DNA from: Macrostomum lignano | Taxonomy: Eukaryota | Assembly (NCBI GenBank): GCA_002269645.1 | Contig: NIVC01000553.1 | Span: 474,260 to 538,259 of the forward strand | Direction: 5' to 3' | Length of the DNA: 64,000 nt | Shown here: one piece after another, positions 12,501 to 23,701 of the stretch | Layout of the letters: the number at the start of each line of letters is the position of its first letter | Position numbering within the stretch: position 1 is the first letter of the stretch | Program-made: the position numbers and the translations under genes | Notes under the pieces: model-generated | The model's database searches: none | What the model was told of the DNA's origin: nothing | Seen by the model: the letters and a program-made list of their open reading frames with translations, nothing else

Positions 12501-14231
12501 TCCGCTTGTCCCCAAAATGGCGGCGTTGCTATGGCAACTTCAAATTCACTTTTCGAGCCATTTCTAGTTGTAGAATTGTCCACACTATCGTCGTCTAGAA
12601 ATGTTTTTGCTGTCTCGATTGCTGCTTCTAGTAGCATGGCAGACAGTTGCTCCACAGACAAGCGAAGATTTCTGTAAGTTAATGGTAACTTCTAGTGGTC
12701 CTTGAAAATGACTTGCTTCGGTTGGAATCGAATTCGAATACTTACCCACTAAGCAGAAACTCCAATGTACCGTCCGCTCCAACAACTATTCGATGATGGG
12801 GATATCGTTGACGGTAGAGCTCCACCATGGGACTGTTTAGTTGGCAACCAAGTAGAAGCGGCAGGTGCAGAAAGGTCTGATCTGGATGCTTCTTTGCCTG
12901 CCAAAAATGCGAGTTTTACTCTGACATATTTAGCTATACAGTGATGATGAACATTTTCTGGTAAAATAACAGTACTGATAAAGAGTGTGAAACATACCAT
13001 AGACAAAGCTGAGTCACCAATAAGACGTTCACCGTCTCTGAAAGCTACCGCTGTAGACATTTTTCTCCGAGCTTCGCTAAAATTTTTACATAGATGTTAG
13101 CCATCATGGTTGACTATAAAGACGTCTCGTGTGTCAGTATTGTTTCAATAAGATTTAACAGTAGGAATAACAAGTCGAACTACCGAGAGGAGAACCCCCC
13201 TCTGACAATTTTTTTGCTGCCTCGCGGAACGCAGAACGTAGACACACGAAATTCAAGAACACGGAATGCTAAATGTTCGTTGCGCACCTTCTCGAACAAG
13301 AATCAAGTCGCCAGTCTTCCGGAACGTTGAGATTTTAAACGATTCTACCAGAAGGTTGGATGAATGCTCGAATAGTCTCGAGGCATTCAGTCGTCATTCA
13401 GACGTCGCCAGCTAATTCAACGGGTTGAGATTTGTACATTATTGAAGTTTGGTCAGCGACATCAAAGAAATTCGCAACAGAGTGTCCATAGTAACCTGGT
13501 GCCATCTGTTGAAGGTCCAGAAGCTCTGTCTGTGTGACACAGTGGTCGACGTGTTAATGAAATTTGGTGGCTCGGCAAGGCTGCACTGATGTGCAGTTCT
13601 GATTGACGAACAGGGGTGCATTGAATGCACTAGAGAAAGATGACGTTTTGGCGGAATCGTTGAATATCTCGACGGTCCAGAGAGCCAGATAATAAAAAAT
13701 ATATATATGTACCCCCTCTCGGTAGTTCTACTGTTTATAAACAAATGACATTACCTGTTTAATGCAATCTCTAATTGTCTTCCTGGCTAAAATTTTAAAC
13801 ATAATATATGCATGAATAAGGAACCTGAATTATTTTGCTGGATGTAATGGCACTAAAAAATTAAGGTTAAAAATTCAAACCTTTAAGACAGCCACTTTTA
13901 TGTACTCAGAGCCAAAATCAATGCCAAGCAGAACTTTTGAACCTGAAATTCATCATGAAGAGATGCTCAGATGACTTTGCAAATCTTATAAGTTATATAT
14001 GTTGCTATGGGTTGTTACACCGCAGAATTTAGTTATGACACTAATTTTATTAGTCAATTTTATGAAAAGGCACATACGAAGAGGCACGCTTTTTATGAAC
14101 AGATATCAGTAGTTAATCAAAAAAATTAATTTGTACAGGCATTACATTTTATAGCCTTTATTCTTACCCATCCCAGTAGAAATGGTCATACTGCATAAAT
14201 ATAGAACGAATAAGCAAAATTTAATAGACAT
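6577..14231 (-). CDS. HYOU1: Hypoxia up-regulated protein 1 / GRP170 (ER Hsp70-family nucleotide exchange factor), 14 exons, about 901 aa
   Basis: Phase-consistent exons 14231-14168 (signal peptide MSIKFCLFVLYLCS), 13942-13881 (GIDFGSEYIKVAV), 13786-13755 (PGRQLEIALN), 13076-12998 (EARRK..LIGDSA), 12897-12746, 12671-12427 (TPPFWGQAERGA), 11675-11571 (ALNYG..FFDLGAS), 10867-10468 (GYDPALG; LMGGGSRCP), 10112-9929 (SINTDEAAALGA), 9467-9271, 9179-8910, 8386-7888, 7508-7250 and 6734-6577 (ends IGEL*, KDEL-like). Total 2706 nt. The 9467 acceptor and 7250 donor are the least certain junctions. Confidence 0.88.
6781..6975 (-). mobile_element. SINE/LINE-tail-like dispersed repeat, family B, copy 1 (HYOU1 last intron)
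   Basis: Homologous to 25391-25560 in opposite orientation (shared GGGGTAATTGA...AGTCCTTGGACTGAACA..CGTACGCAGCCTTCAGATG...GCAATAGCTGCGGCTGAGCTGTC); AT-rich (ATT)n-like tail. Confidence 0.7.
6983..7222. repeat. 8-bp minisatellite (CTAGACCC/CTAGACAC)
   Basis: Tandem copies next to a HYOU1 donor. Confidence 0.85.
7564..7835. repeat. 20-bp minisatellite (TTCTAAGAAATGGCTTAC[GG/TA])
   Basis: About 13 tandem copies in a HYOU1 intron. Confidence 0.95.
8397..8886. repeat. 33-bp minisatellite (CCTTCATCTGGACACCGCTACCCTCTCTCTGAT)
   Basis: Near-perfect tandem copies fill a HYOU1 intron. Confidence 0.95.
9545..10380. repeat. CT-rich low-complexity tract (9545-9880) and (CTAAA)n microsatellite (10165-10380), each in its own HYOU1 intron
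   Basis: Visible simple repeats on either side of exon 10112-9929. Confidence 0.8.
10910..11545. repeat. 34-bp minisatellite (TAGATGGTAGATTTTGAAGGCCTGTTATTGTATG)
   Basis: Tandem copies in a HYOU1 intron. Confidence 0.95.
11820..12405. repeat. 32-bp minisatellite (CTGACAACCAACTGACACCCAAAGCTACGCCT)
   Basis: Tandem copies in a HYOU1 intron. Confidence 0.95.
13159..13733. mobile_element. Candidate decayed DNA transposon/MITE in HYOU1 intron 3
   Basis: 14-bp inverted repeat GAACTACCGAGAGG (13177-13190) / CCTCTCGGTAGTTC (13715-13728); both ends read CAGTAG; weak pogo-like internal peptide. Confidence 0.35.
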
Positions 14232-15033
14232 TATTGCAATAAATCGAATGAGTTTTTAGCCTCTATAGCGCTGTTAAGTAATTCTTAAATATAATCACTT
14301 GGTAATTAATTCAGGGCAAAATAATCACACGGGGTACATAAAAATGTTTTAGATAAAATTAAAAACTTAGTCTTAGAAAGATAAAGATTTACAATTTTAC
14401 ATGTACATTTTTCCTCCTAAAAGGTAAGATAAAGACTTGCAGTAATTTTTATCTAGGATAAATGTTTCGTCTGAATGAATTAAAACTCCTCCTAACAGCC
14501 GAGTAAACTATTAAAACACTGCGTACGCGACGACAGTCGAAGGAAAAATGTATTGAGTTAAAAGCGAGCGCATTGTGACACGTAATTTTGAAATTGCGCG
14601 CGATGTATTTACACGAAAACTGGTTAAACAAATCCTCTGTTGCTTTGCAAATTTTTTTAACATTTAAAACTCTATGGTTCATAATTTAGAGCTTTATAAA
14701 GTAACTCCTATATTCTCGTGTGCTTTTTGTGTCTGTTTTTGTGTGCGTAGTCTTAAAACGCTCAAGCGAATGTCATGTCACACTACACGAACCAGTCTTT
14801 TAATCGAAGTTAATGGTGATCTTCACCACGGTCAAATCTTAATTTTACTTTGTTAATTCTCTACGAACTATAATTAAGCTTATACTATCACTTAATAAAT
14901 ACTGCTTTTCGCAGGCCTAGGCCTAGCTTTTCTTATATACTATAAATTTCAAACAACTGGAATTGTCTTTGGCTTTGTTTCTCTTGTCCATCTATCTCTA
15001 TCTGAGCTTCTACTATACCTAGCCAGTGTAAAA

Positions 15034-18000
15034 ATGTCTGTTGATGGAATAGACTACCAGCGAATTGCCAAGAAGTTGGAGAAAATGACTACCAAGAATA
15101 AAATTGTAAGTAGGCCTAGAAAGTTAACCTCTGGCTCTAAAGCTGTTTTGATTTTATTTTCATGCCTCATGTCTGCAACTATTGCCTAGGCCTATTAGGC
15201 CTTCTCAAGAAAGTATTTGACTATTAGTATTATAATCATCAAGGACTAGGCAAAAAAAGTTAGAGTATATTAGACTTGTAGTATATATATCCATTTTTGG
15301 TCTAGGCCTTGCATCATTTACACGACAACTTTAAAATATAGGGGCCTATTTAATTTAATAAGATTTTATAAAATTTTCTTACTAAGCTTATATATATATA
15401 TACTACATTAGTATAAAAACCTAACCTAGGCCTAGTATTATTAGTATTAGTATGTAAGTAAGGTCTATTCTAGACTAAATTTTTATTTACTAAAGAAAGG
15501 CATAAAGCTAGTAATAACATCTTAGATTACAACTTCAATTATGCTTGTTGAAATAAATACAAAATAAATGATACATAGATGATTAATAGTTGTCTTCATC
15601 TTTTTGGTTTAGTTTAGCTAAATTTTTTTAGAATGTTAGGCCTTATATTATATTATTGTTTATTAGACCTAACTTGATTAAATCAATGATTGGAATCATA
15701 ACTCATAAGGAATTTATTTAATAAGGGTCTTATTCTTAGCCAATCTTAGGCCTATGACTTGCCAATATCAATACGCCTAATATAAAAAGCTAATTTTAAT
15801 AAAAACTAAGCCTAATGAATAACTTTGCAATGCAATTACTAAAATAAAAATAAAGAAAAACTTAAAAAGTATTTTGTATTGCTTGTATTAGATAATGATA
15901 AACTAGGAGGGCCTATATTGTCTCTTATAAAGATGGCTCTTAGAAACTTTTAAAAAACTATTCTCAAAAAATCTTTGTTTTGTATTTCTAAAATAATAAT
16001 AAAATGTTAAGTTCTCTTACAAAAAATCATTTAAATATAAGCTTCAAGATAGAGACCCAAACTTTAATAAAGCTTTGGTCAAAGGAAATAGAAAGTAAAT
16101 TTTTAAATGTATACTTTAATAAAATTATTTCTTATTCTTAGTATTTTGAAAGTACTTAGTGGATCTTTTTTATTTACCAAAAGAGGTAGATACCCCTTTA
16201 GCTTCTCTCTTCAATTATACATATTATATATATTCATATATACAGAATAATATAGAGGCAAAAGACTATGTTTTACCCTAATATGCCACTTCATTCAGAA
16301 TGCTATTTTTCCTTAACTCTCCAATTGCCTCCTTCAGGGTTCTTGCTCTTCATTTAATTTGCTTGTGCTTTGAGTGCAACTAAGTGACATTATTACACAA
16401 CTAGCAAAATGCATTACCACCCATTCTGCCAACTCTCTTGAGCAGGCATGCAAGAATATAGACATGTATTTATTCATATTAACCTAGGCACCACTACTAC
16501 ACACTGACACAAGAGTGTAGAGCAGACCTAACTTGATTGTTAGGCATGCACACTTCACTGTGCCATTGGGTTGGCCTTTAAGGCCAGTAATTGCACAAGC
16601 AGAGCCAAGCCGAGATTCCAATTAAGCTATCCACAAATTAATGTAACTGCACTTGGAATCAAGCCTGGGCCGCTGGAACATAAGAATGCCATGCCACTAG
16701 ACCACTGGGCTATGGCCCCTACAGTTTTATTATTTGCTAAAAATGTAGAGGTTAATCCGTATACCTTGAAAAGAACCATTGCACCAAACTGTCTAAATCT
16801 CCCAGGATGAGGCCAAGGTGGCCCGCTACCTGTCCCAGCTGCGCGAGGCCAGCATCACCATAGCTGTGCTGCAGAAAACCGGCCTTGGCATTATTGTGAA
16901 TCGTCTGCGTCGCGGACTCAAATCCGACACTCTGCTGTCCGAAGCCCGACAGCTTATTAAGAAATGGAAGAAGCTGTTGGATTCTGCCCAGCAACAACAG
17001 CAGGCCGCTGCCGCTGCTGCGCCGTCACCGACAGCTGATGAGAATGGCAGCGGAGCCGACACCACTGAGGCTAAACGACCTCGCGTCGATGCAGACGAAG
17101 AGGCCAGTCCAAATGGAAGCAGCGAAGGCGCCGCCACCGCCATAGCCGCTCCAGCCGTCACTTTTAAAGAGTCCGAGAGACTGCGAACCACCGATTCAGT
17201 TCGGCTGAAATGCCGCGAAATGCTGCAACAGGTTAGCAGTTTTTTGTAAAGTACTTTCTCTTCTTTTATTTGAAAATATTCGCAATATTTCCTGTCTATT
17301 ATAGATTTTATTTATGTCCTAATCAGTGATCCCCACACACCTGTCCTAATCAGTGATCCCGACACACCTGTCCTAATCAGTGATCCCCACACACCTGTTC
17401 TAATCAGTGATCCCCACACACCTGTTCTAATCAGTGATCCACACACCTGTCCTAATCAGTGATCCCCACACACCTGTCCTAATCAGTTATCCCCAGACAC
17501 CTGTCCTAATCAGTGATCCCCATTCCCCACACACCTGTCCTAATCAGTGATCCCCACACACCTGTCCTAATCAGTGATCCCCACACACCTGTCCTAATCA
17601 GTGATCCCCATTCCCCACACACCTGTCCTAATCAGTGATCCCCACACCTGTCCTAATCAGTGATCCCCACACACTTGTCCTAATCAGTGATCCCCACACA
17701 CCTGTTCTAATCAGTGATCCCCACACACCTGTTCTAATCAGTGATCCCCATACACCTGTCCTAATCAGTGATCCCCACACACCTGTTCTAATCAGTGATC
17801 CCCACACACCTGTTCTAATCAGTGATCCACACACACCTGTCCTAATCAGTGATCCCCATTCCCCACACACCTGTTCTAATCAGTGATCCCCACACACCTG
17901 TCCTAATCAGTGATCCCCACACACCTGTCCTAATCAGTGATCCCCACACACCTGTCCTAATCAGTGATCCCCACACACCTGTCCTAATCAGTGATCCCCA

Positions 18001-19360
18001 TACACCTGTCCTAATCAGTGATCCCCACACACCTGTTCTAATCAGTGATCCCCACACACCTGTCCTAATCAGTGATCCCCACACACCTGTTCTAATCAGT
18101 GATCCACACACCTGTCCTAATCAGTGATCCCCACACACCTGTCCTAATCAGTGATCCCCACACACCTGTCCTAATCAGTGATCCCCATTCCCCACACACC
18201 TGTCCTAATCAGTGATCCCCACACACCTGTCCTAATCAGTGATCCCCACACACCTGTCCTAATCAGTGATCCCCACACACCTGTCCTAATCAGTGATCCC
18301 CACACACCTGTCCTAATCAGTGATCCCCACACACTTGTCCTAATCAGTGATCCCCACACACCTGTCCTAATCAGTGATCCCCACACACTTGTCCTAATCA
18401 GTGATCCCCACACACCTGTCCTAATCAGTGATCCCCACACACCTGTTCTAATCAGTGATCCCCATTCCCCACACACCTGTCCTAATCAGTGATCCCCACA
18501 CACCTGTCCTAATCAGTGATCCCCACACACCTGTCCTAATCAGTGATCCCCACACACCTGTCCTAATCAGTGATCCCCACACACCTGTCCTAATCAGTGA
18601 TCCCCACACACCTGTCCTAATCAGTGATCCCCACACACTTGTCCTAATCAGTGATCCCCACACACCTGTCCTAATCAGTGATCCCCACACACTTGTCCTA
18701 ATCAGTGATCCCCACACACCTGTCCTAATCAGTGATCCCCACACACCTGTTCTAATCAGTGATCCCCATTCCCCACACACCTGTCCTAATCAGTGATCCC
18801 CACACACCTGTCCTAATCAGTGATCCCCACACACCTGTCCTAATCAGTGTTCCAATGATAATAATTAAGTATTCAAGTTCTCCCAACTCCCCACCCGAAC
18901 CCAGGCACTCGAATCAGACACAATCCCATCTGGAGCATACGAGCCCAATTACCTTGCCGCCGAGATTGAGACCTGCGTCCACCTGGAGACTGGCTCGAAG
19001 CTGGACATGAAATACAAGAATCGAATCCGCAGCAGGGTGATGAACCTTCGCGACACGAAGAATCCCAATCTGCGCTACTGCGTCCTCATGGGGAATATCT
19101 CCCCGACGCAGTTTGCCAAGATGAGTGCGGAAGAGATGGCATCGGACGATATGCGCAAGCTCAGGGAGCGGCTGACCAAGGAAGCAATCGATGATCACCA
19201 GATGTCGATGAACAGCGGCACGTCTACCGATATGTTGAAGTGCGGCAAGTGCAAGAAGAACAATTGCACTTATAATCAGCTGCAGACCAGATCGGCTGAT
19301 GAGCCAATGACCACCTTTGTGCTGTGCAACGAGTGCGGTCACCGGTGGAAGTTTAACTAA
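15034..19360 (+). CDS. TCEA1: Transcription elongation factor S-II (TFIIS), 3 exons, 317 aa
   Basis: Exons 15034-15105 (donor GTAAGT), 16806-17231 and 18905-19360, all phase 0. N-terminal domain ([23 protein letters not shown]), central domain ([22 protein letters not shown]) and zinc ribbon [23 protein letters not shown]. Confidence 0.97.
16500..16729 (-). mobile_element. tRNA-derived SINE, family A, copy 1 (TFIIS intron 1)
   Basis: Reverse complement begins GGGGCCATAGCCCAGTGG (A box) and contains GGCTTGATTCC (B-box-like); homologous to 34783-34993. Confidence 0.72.
17315..18850. repeat. 27-bp minisatellite (CCTGTCCTAATCAGTGATCCCCACACA) filling TFIIS intron 2
   Basis: Over 50 tandem copies. 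Confidence 0.95.
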
Positions 19361-19796
19361 TTAACAATCTGCAACAATTGACTCGATCATTCATTCATTA
19401 TTTTTTTCTTATATTTATCATTTTTTACTGTGAATATTGATCTGCCGGGTTTGTTTGATAATAATAGTAGTAACAGTATATAGTTACTAAGCCGAATTGC
19501 GTTTCAACTTTAATTAACATAAAATTTGTACCTTCATTATCGATACTGTAGCTGGTAATGAGTAGGTTTACTATTTCATCTTGTTGCAGAGCAGCTGCGG
19601 TTTGTTGTAAAATTAAACAGTAAATAAACACGCATAAATAATTGTCAATAAATTCGAGTAAATGCATTGCGTTAATGCATTTTTTTTTCGATTGTGTTAT
19701 GAAACTAAGCCATTGACTTCAGGATGTAATTGGATCTGCGATTTTTTGAGTCTTGTTTTTTAAAAATTATTTTATAGGTCTACTTATGTGAGTAGT

Positions 19797-20078
19797 CAGG
19801 GGGGACATGTTCCTCCAGTAAAATCTATGGGTGGGACATGCCAATGCTTTGTTCCCCCTGCCCACCTTTGTTGATCTGTTATGGAAATCAATGATGTTGC
19901 TTCAGGGCGACAAAAAATGGAGCCTGTGGCGCTAAAATGAGTGCCTGCGGTGCTAAAGTGAGTGCCTGCGGTGCTAAAATGAGTGCCGACAACCCCCGAT
20001 TCTGACAATAATGTACATGTACATACAGAATTCTTGACTTTGTCCGCCCCACCATAAAATCCATGGTGACGCCCCTGA
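19797..20078. mobile_element. Possible hAT-like MITE remnant
   Basis: Imperfect CAGGGG...CCCCTG ends, GGGACATG/TGTCC internal motifs and a 21-bp triplet repeat; no target site duplication found. Confidence 0.25.
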
Positions 20079-20323
20079 TTCTTAGTTTTTTAGTGGACCG
20101 GTTTAGTTGATAGATAAATTTAGTGAAGCAACTAGAAACTACTATCAATAGTGTAAAAGCAAATTCTATTTCGCTCCTAAACGATGCCCTACTACATACA
20201 TGTTAAAAGTTATTGTTAAACCCATTGCCACAAAAACTGTGCCAGTGGTTGAGCAAAGTATCATAATTGCCGAAGTTTTTTGTTTATTTCAATTGAATAT
20301 TGTCAGAGTAGATTGCTATTGTT

Positions 20324-21797
20324 CTAAGCGATCTCCCGGTAGACCTTCACGGCCTCAGCCTGCACCGTACTCGCTATGGCATTGACCTCGTGAGTGTAGT
20401 GATCCCAGTTCTTCGGCACCAGTTCGGCTTGGATATCTACATTCATGAAGACAATATCCACAAGGCCATTGCTGACGAAAATTCCTCTAGAATTGCCTTT
20501 CATGTCGCCTTTCTGGATATTAACGTGGCTAAAATGAATTAGGGGGGGGGGGTAAAATAATTGCTAGAACTACTACATGTTAAATTATGAGATTATGAGT
20601 TATTATACATTGGGATATTATAAAATATGTTGTGATTTACTAGTCAACCCAATTCATGTTCGAACTCAAAAAGCCAAGCATGAGCGCCTCCTGCATATCC
20701 GCCGGGTATTGACTGACAATTGACGGTATCATGGACACTGGAAGCTTCCTGTGATTGACTTGATTGTCGCGTTTCTTCCAGGACTTGATGAGGCAGTTGT
20801 TGCAGATCACTCCAGATGGTGCAGAGACTTTGAGAATTTCGGCAATCTCCAGCGCCATATGCGATATAGGATTGGAGTTTGACGGAGTGGCATCAAAGCT
20901 GGTTGTGGCTGCAAGTTGCAGATGGCAGAATAAGAGTTTTTAAGTGAGGTGCAGCAAAATACATGTAAAACAGATGTACAAGTAAAAGAAGGAAGGTGCA
21001 CAAGAAGAAGGGAGGTGCACAAGAAGAAGGGAGGTGCACAAGAAGAAGGGAGGTGCACAAGAAGAAGGGAGGTGCACAAGAAGAAGGGAGGTGCACAAGA
21101 AGAAGGGAGGTGCACAAGAAGAAGGGAGGTGCACAAGAAGAAGGGAGGTGCACAAGAAGAAGGGAGGTGCACAAGAAGAAGGGAGGTGCACAAGAAGAAG
21201 GGAGGTGCACAAGAAGAAGGGAGGTGCACAAGAAGAAGGGAGGTGCACAAGAAGAAGGGAGGTGCACAAGAAGAAGGGAGGTGCACAAGAAGAAGGGAGG
21301 TGCACAAGAAGAAGGGAGGTGCACAAGAAGAAGGGAGGTGCACAAGAAGAAGGGAGGTGCACAAGAAGAAGGGAGGTGCACAAGAAGAAGGGAGGTGCAC
21401 AAGAAGAAGGGAGGTGCACAAGAAGAAGGGAGGTGCACAAGAAGGGAGGTTCACAAGAAGGGAGGTGCACAAGAAGGGAGGTTCACAAGAAGGGAGGTGC
21501 ACAAGAAGGGAGGTTCACAAGAAGGGAGGTGCACAAGAAGAAGGGAGGTGCACAAGAATAAGGAAGGTGCACAAGAAGAAGGTAGGTGCACAAGAAGAAG
21601 GGAGGTGCACAAGAAGAAGGTAGGTGCACGAGGAGAAAAAGACAAATGCAGCAAATATGACACTGTTAAATGGTCCATCATTTGACAATGAAGAACTTAC
21701 AAACAGCGATTTCCTCCTCAGCAGGAACCGCAGTGCAAATTGTTGTAGCAGCCAAAGCAGCTAAAAGGATTAGCGATTTTCCGTTGACTGACAGCAT
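20324..21797 (-). CDS. Secreted hypothetical protein, 3 exons, about 189 aa
   Basis: Exons 21797-21701 (signal peptide MLSVNGKSLILLAALAATTICTA; donor GTAAGT, phase 1), 20908-20641 (phase 2, TA|GTAAAT) and 20528-20324. The frame is continuous through both junctions. Confidence 0.72.
20990..21630. repeat. 19-bp minisatellite (GGGAGGTGCACAAGAAGAA)
   Basis: Tandem copies in intron 1 of the secreted protein gene. Confidence 0.95.
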
Positions 21798-22074
21798 TTT
21801 GATGTAAAAGTACCAGAATTAAACTCTCCGAAGACTGTTAAATCTTAGAAAAGAACTCCAACCGAAAGAAGTTTCGGCTTGTTATAATCACGGGTTAGGG
21901 TCGAAAATGATTTATCGTGAGAAAGCTGTCAAAGCTGGCATGTCAAAGATAAAAAAATTGATACTTCGGCAATCAGAATGGTAGCTTGTTTTTATAACGA
22001 AACGTGTCATTTTCTCATCGACATCAAGAATTTATTGAGTGCACATATAGTCAAAATATAGACATATAGTCATA

Positions 22075-23110
22075 TAGACGCTTAGAGTAGAGTGTGAGTC
22101 CTGAGGCGTTGAGAGACGCTTAGAGTAGAGCGTAGCTCCTGAGGCGTTGTGAGACGCTTAAAGTAGAGCGTAGGTCCTGAGGCGTTGGGAAGCTTAGAGT
22201 AGAGCGTAGGTCCCTAGGCGTTGGGAAGCTTAGAGTAGAGCATAGGTCCTGAGGCGTTGGGAAGCTTAGAGTAGAGCATAGGTCCTGAGACGTTGGGAAG
22301 CTTAGAGTAGAGCGTAGGTCCTGAGGCGTTGGGAAGCTTAGAGTAGATCGTAGGTCCTGAGGCGTTGGGAAGCTTAGAGTAGAGCGTAGGTCCTGAGGCG
22401 TTGGGAAGCTTAGAGTAGAGCGTAGGTCCTGAGGCGTTGGGAAGCTTAGAGTAGAGCGTAGGTCCTGAGGCGTTGGGAAGCTTAGAGTAGAGCGTAGGTC
22501 CTGAGGCGTTGGGAAGCTTAGAGTAGATCGTAGGTCCTGAGGCGTTGGGAAGCTTAGAGTAGAGCGTAGGTCCTGAGGCGTTGGGAAGCTTAGAGTAGAT
22601 CGTAGGTCCTGAGGCGTTGGGAAGCTTAGAGTAGAGCGTAGGTCCTGAGGCGTTGGGAAGCTTAGAGTAGAGCGTAGGTCCTGAGGCGTTGGGAAGCTTA
22701 GAGTAGAGCGTAGGTCCTGAGGCGTTGGGAAGCTTAGAGTAGAGCGTAGGTCCTGAGGCGTTGGGAAGCTTAGAGTAGAGCGTAGGTCCTGAGGCGTTGG
22801 GAAGCTTAGAGTAGAGCGTAGGTCCTGAGGCGTTGGGAAGCTTAGAGTAGAGCGTAGGTCCTGAGGCGTTGGGAAGCTTAGAGTAGATCGTAGGTCCTGA
22901 GACGTTGGGAAGCTTAGAGTAGAGCGTAGGTCCTGAGGCGTTGGGAAGCTTAGAGTAGATCGTAGGTCCTGAGGCGTTGGGAAGCTTAGAGTAGATCGTA
23001 GGTCCTGAGGCGTTGGGAAGCTTAGAGTAGAGCGTAGGTCCTGAGGCGTTGGGAAGCTTAGAGTAGAGCGTAGGTCCTGAGGCGTTAGACCGCTTAGTGC
23101 AGAGCGTGGG
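22075..23110. repeat. 36-bp minisatellite (GCTTAGAGTAGAGCGTAGGTCCTGAGGCGTTGGGAA)
   Basis: About 28 near-identical copies without spacers; intergenic. Confidence 0.95.
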
Positions 23111-23701
23111 TCCTGAGAAGGCTCGACACGAGTCAAGTTGTTCTCTCTTCAGTCTTCGCCAAAAATCGCGTCTATATATTTATACTAAAATTTTAGTTCA
23201 TTTAAAACAAAAATAATTTTGAGAAATACGAGTTTTAAAACAAATTGTTTTATTAGAAACAATTTAGCATAGAAAGTTGGATTTTCGCGTACAAATAAAT
23301 AATAAAAAGGCTTTCCACAGAAGAATTTTTGCACTTTTCCTAATACGAAGAGCTACAAGAAGCTACATATTGAACTTTTATGATCTTTCATCTTGAAATT
23401 GTAACCAGTATATTTTAGAATTCGTCACATTTAAAGCTACTTTGCAAACTTCAAACTTTTTATGCGTAAAATTTATAATTCGTTAATTTAACTGTGTGAT
23501 AAAATTCACTGGATAAATATCAACAAAAATTAAAAAATTAAAACACATGTAATTGATAATCTTGAAAAATATAAACAACAAAAGTTTCAACAAAAGTGAA
23601 TCAAAAATTGTTTAAAGTGAACCGCTGTCTGTCTGTGATTGTTCGTTGTATACCGCACCCCTGCTTAGTATTTGATTTTTTAAGTTCATAATAAATCCAG
23701 C

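Noticed and set aside
16650-16729. tRNA gene
   Set aside because: No complete cloverleaf visible; it continues into a body shared with a second locus, so it is treated as a SINE head
19340-19360. TFIIS ending KFN rather than the usual KFC
   Set aside because: All four zinc-ribbon Cys and the catalytic DE hairpin are intact; the terminal residue is a trivial variation
22075-23110. 36-bp repeat as a CRISPR array
   Set aside because: Copies are directly adjacent with no unique spacers, no cas genes are present, and the context is eukaryotic
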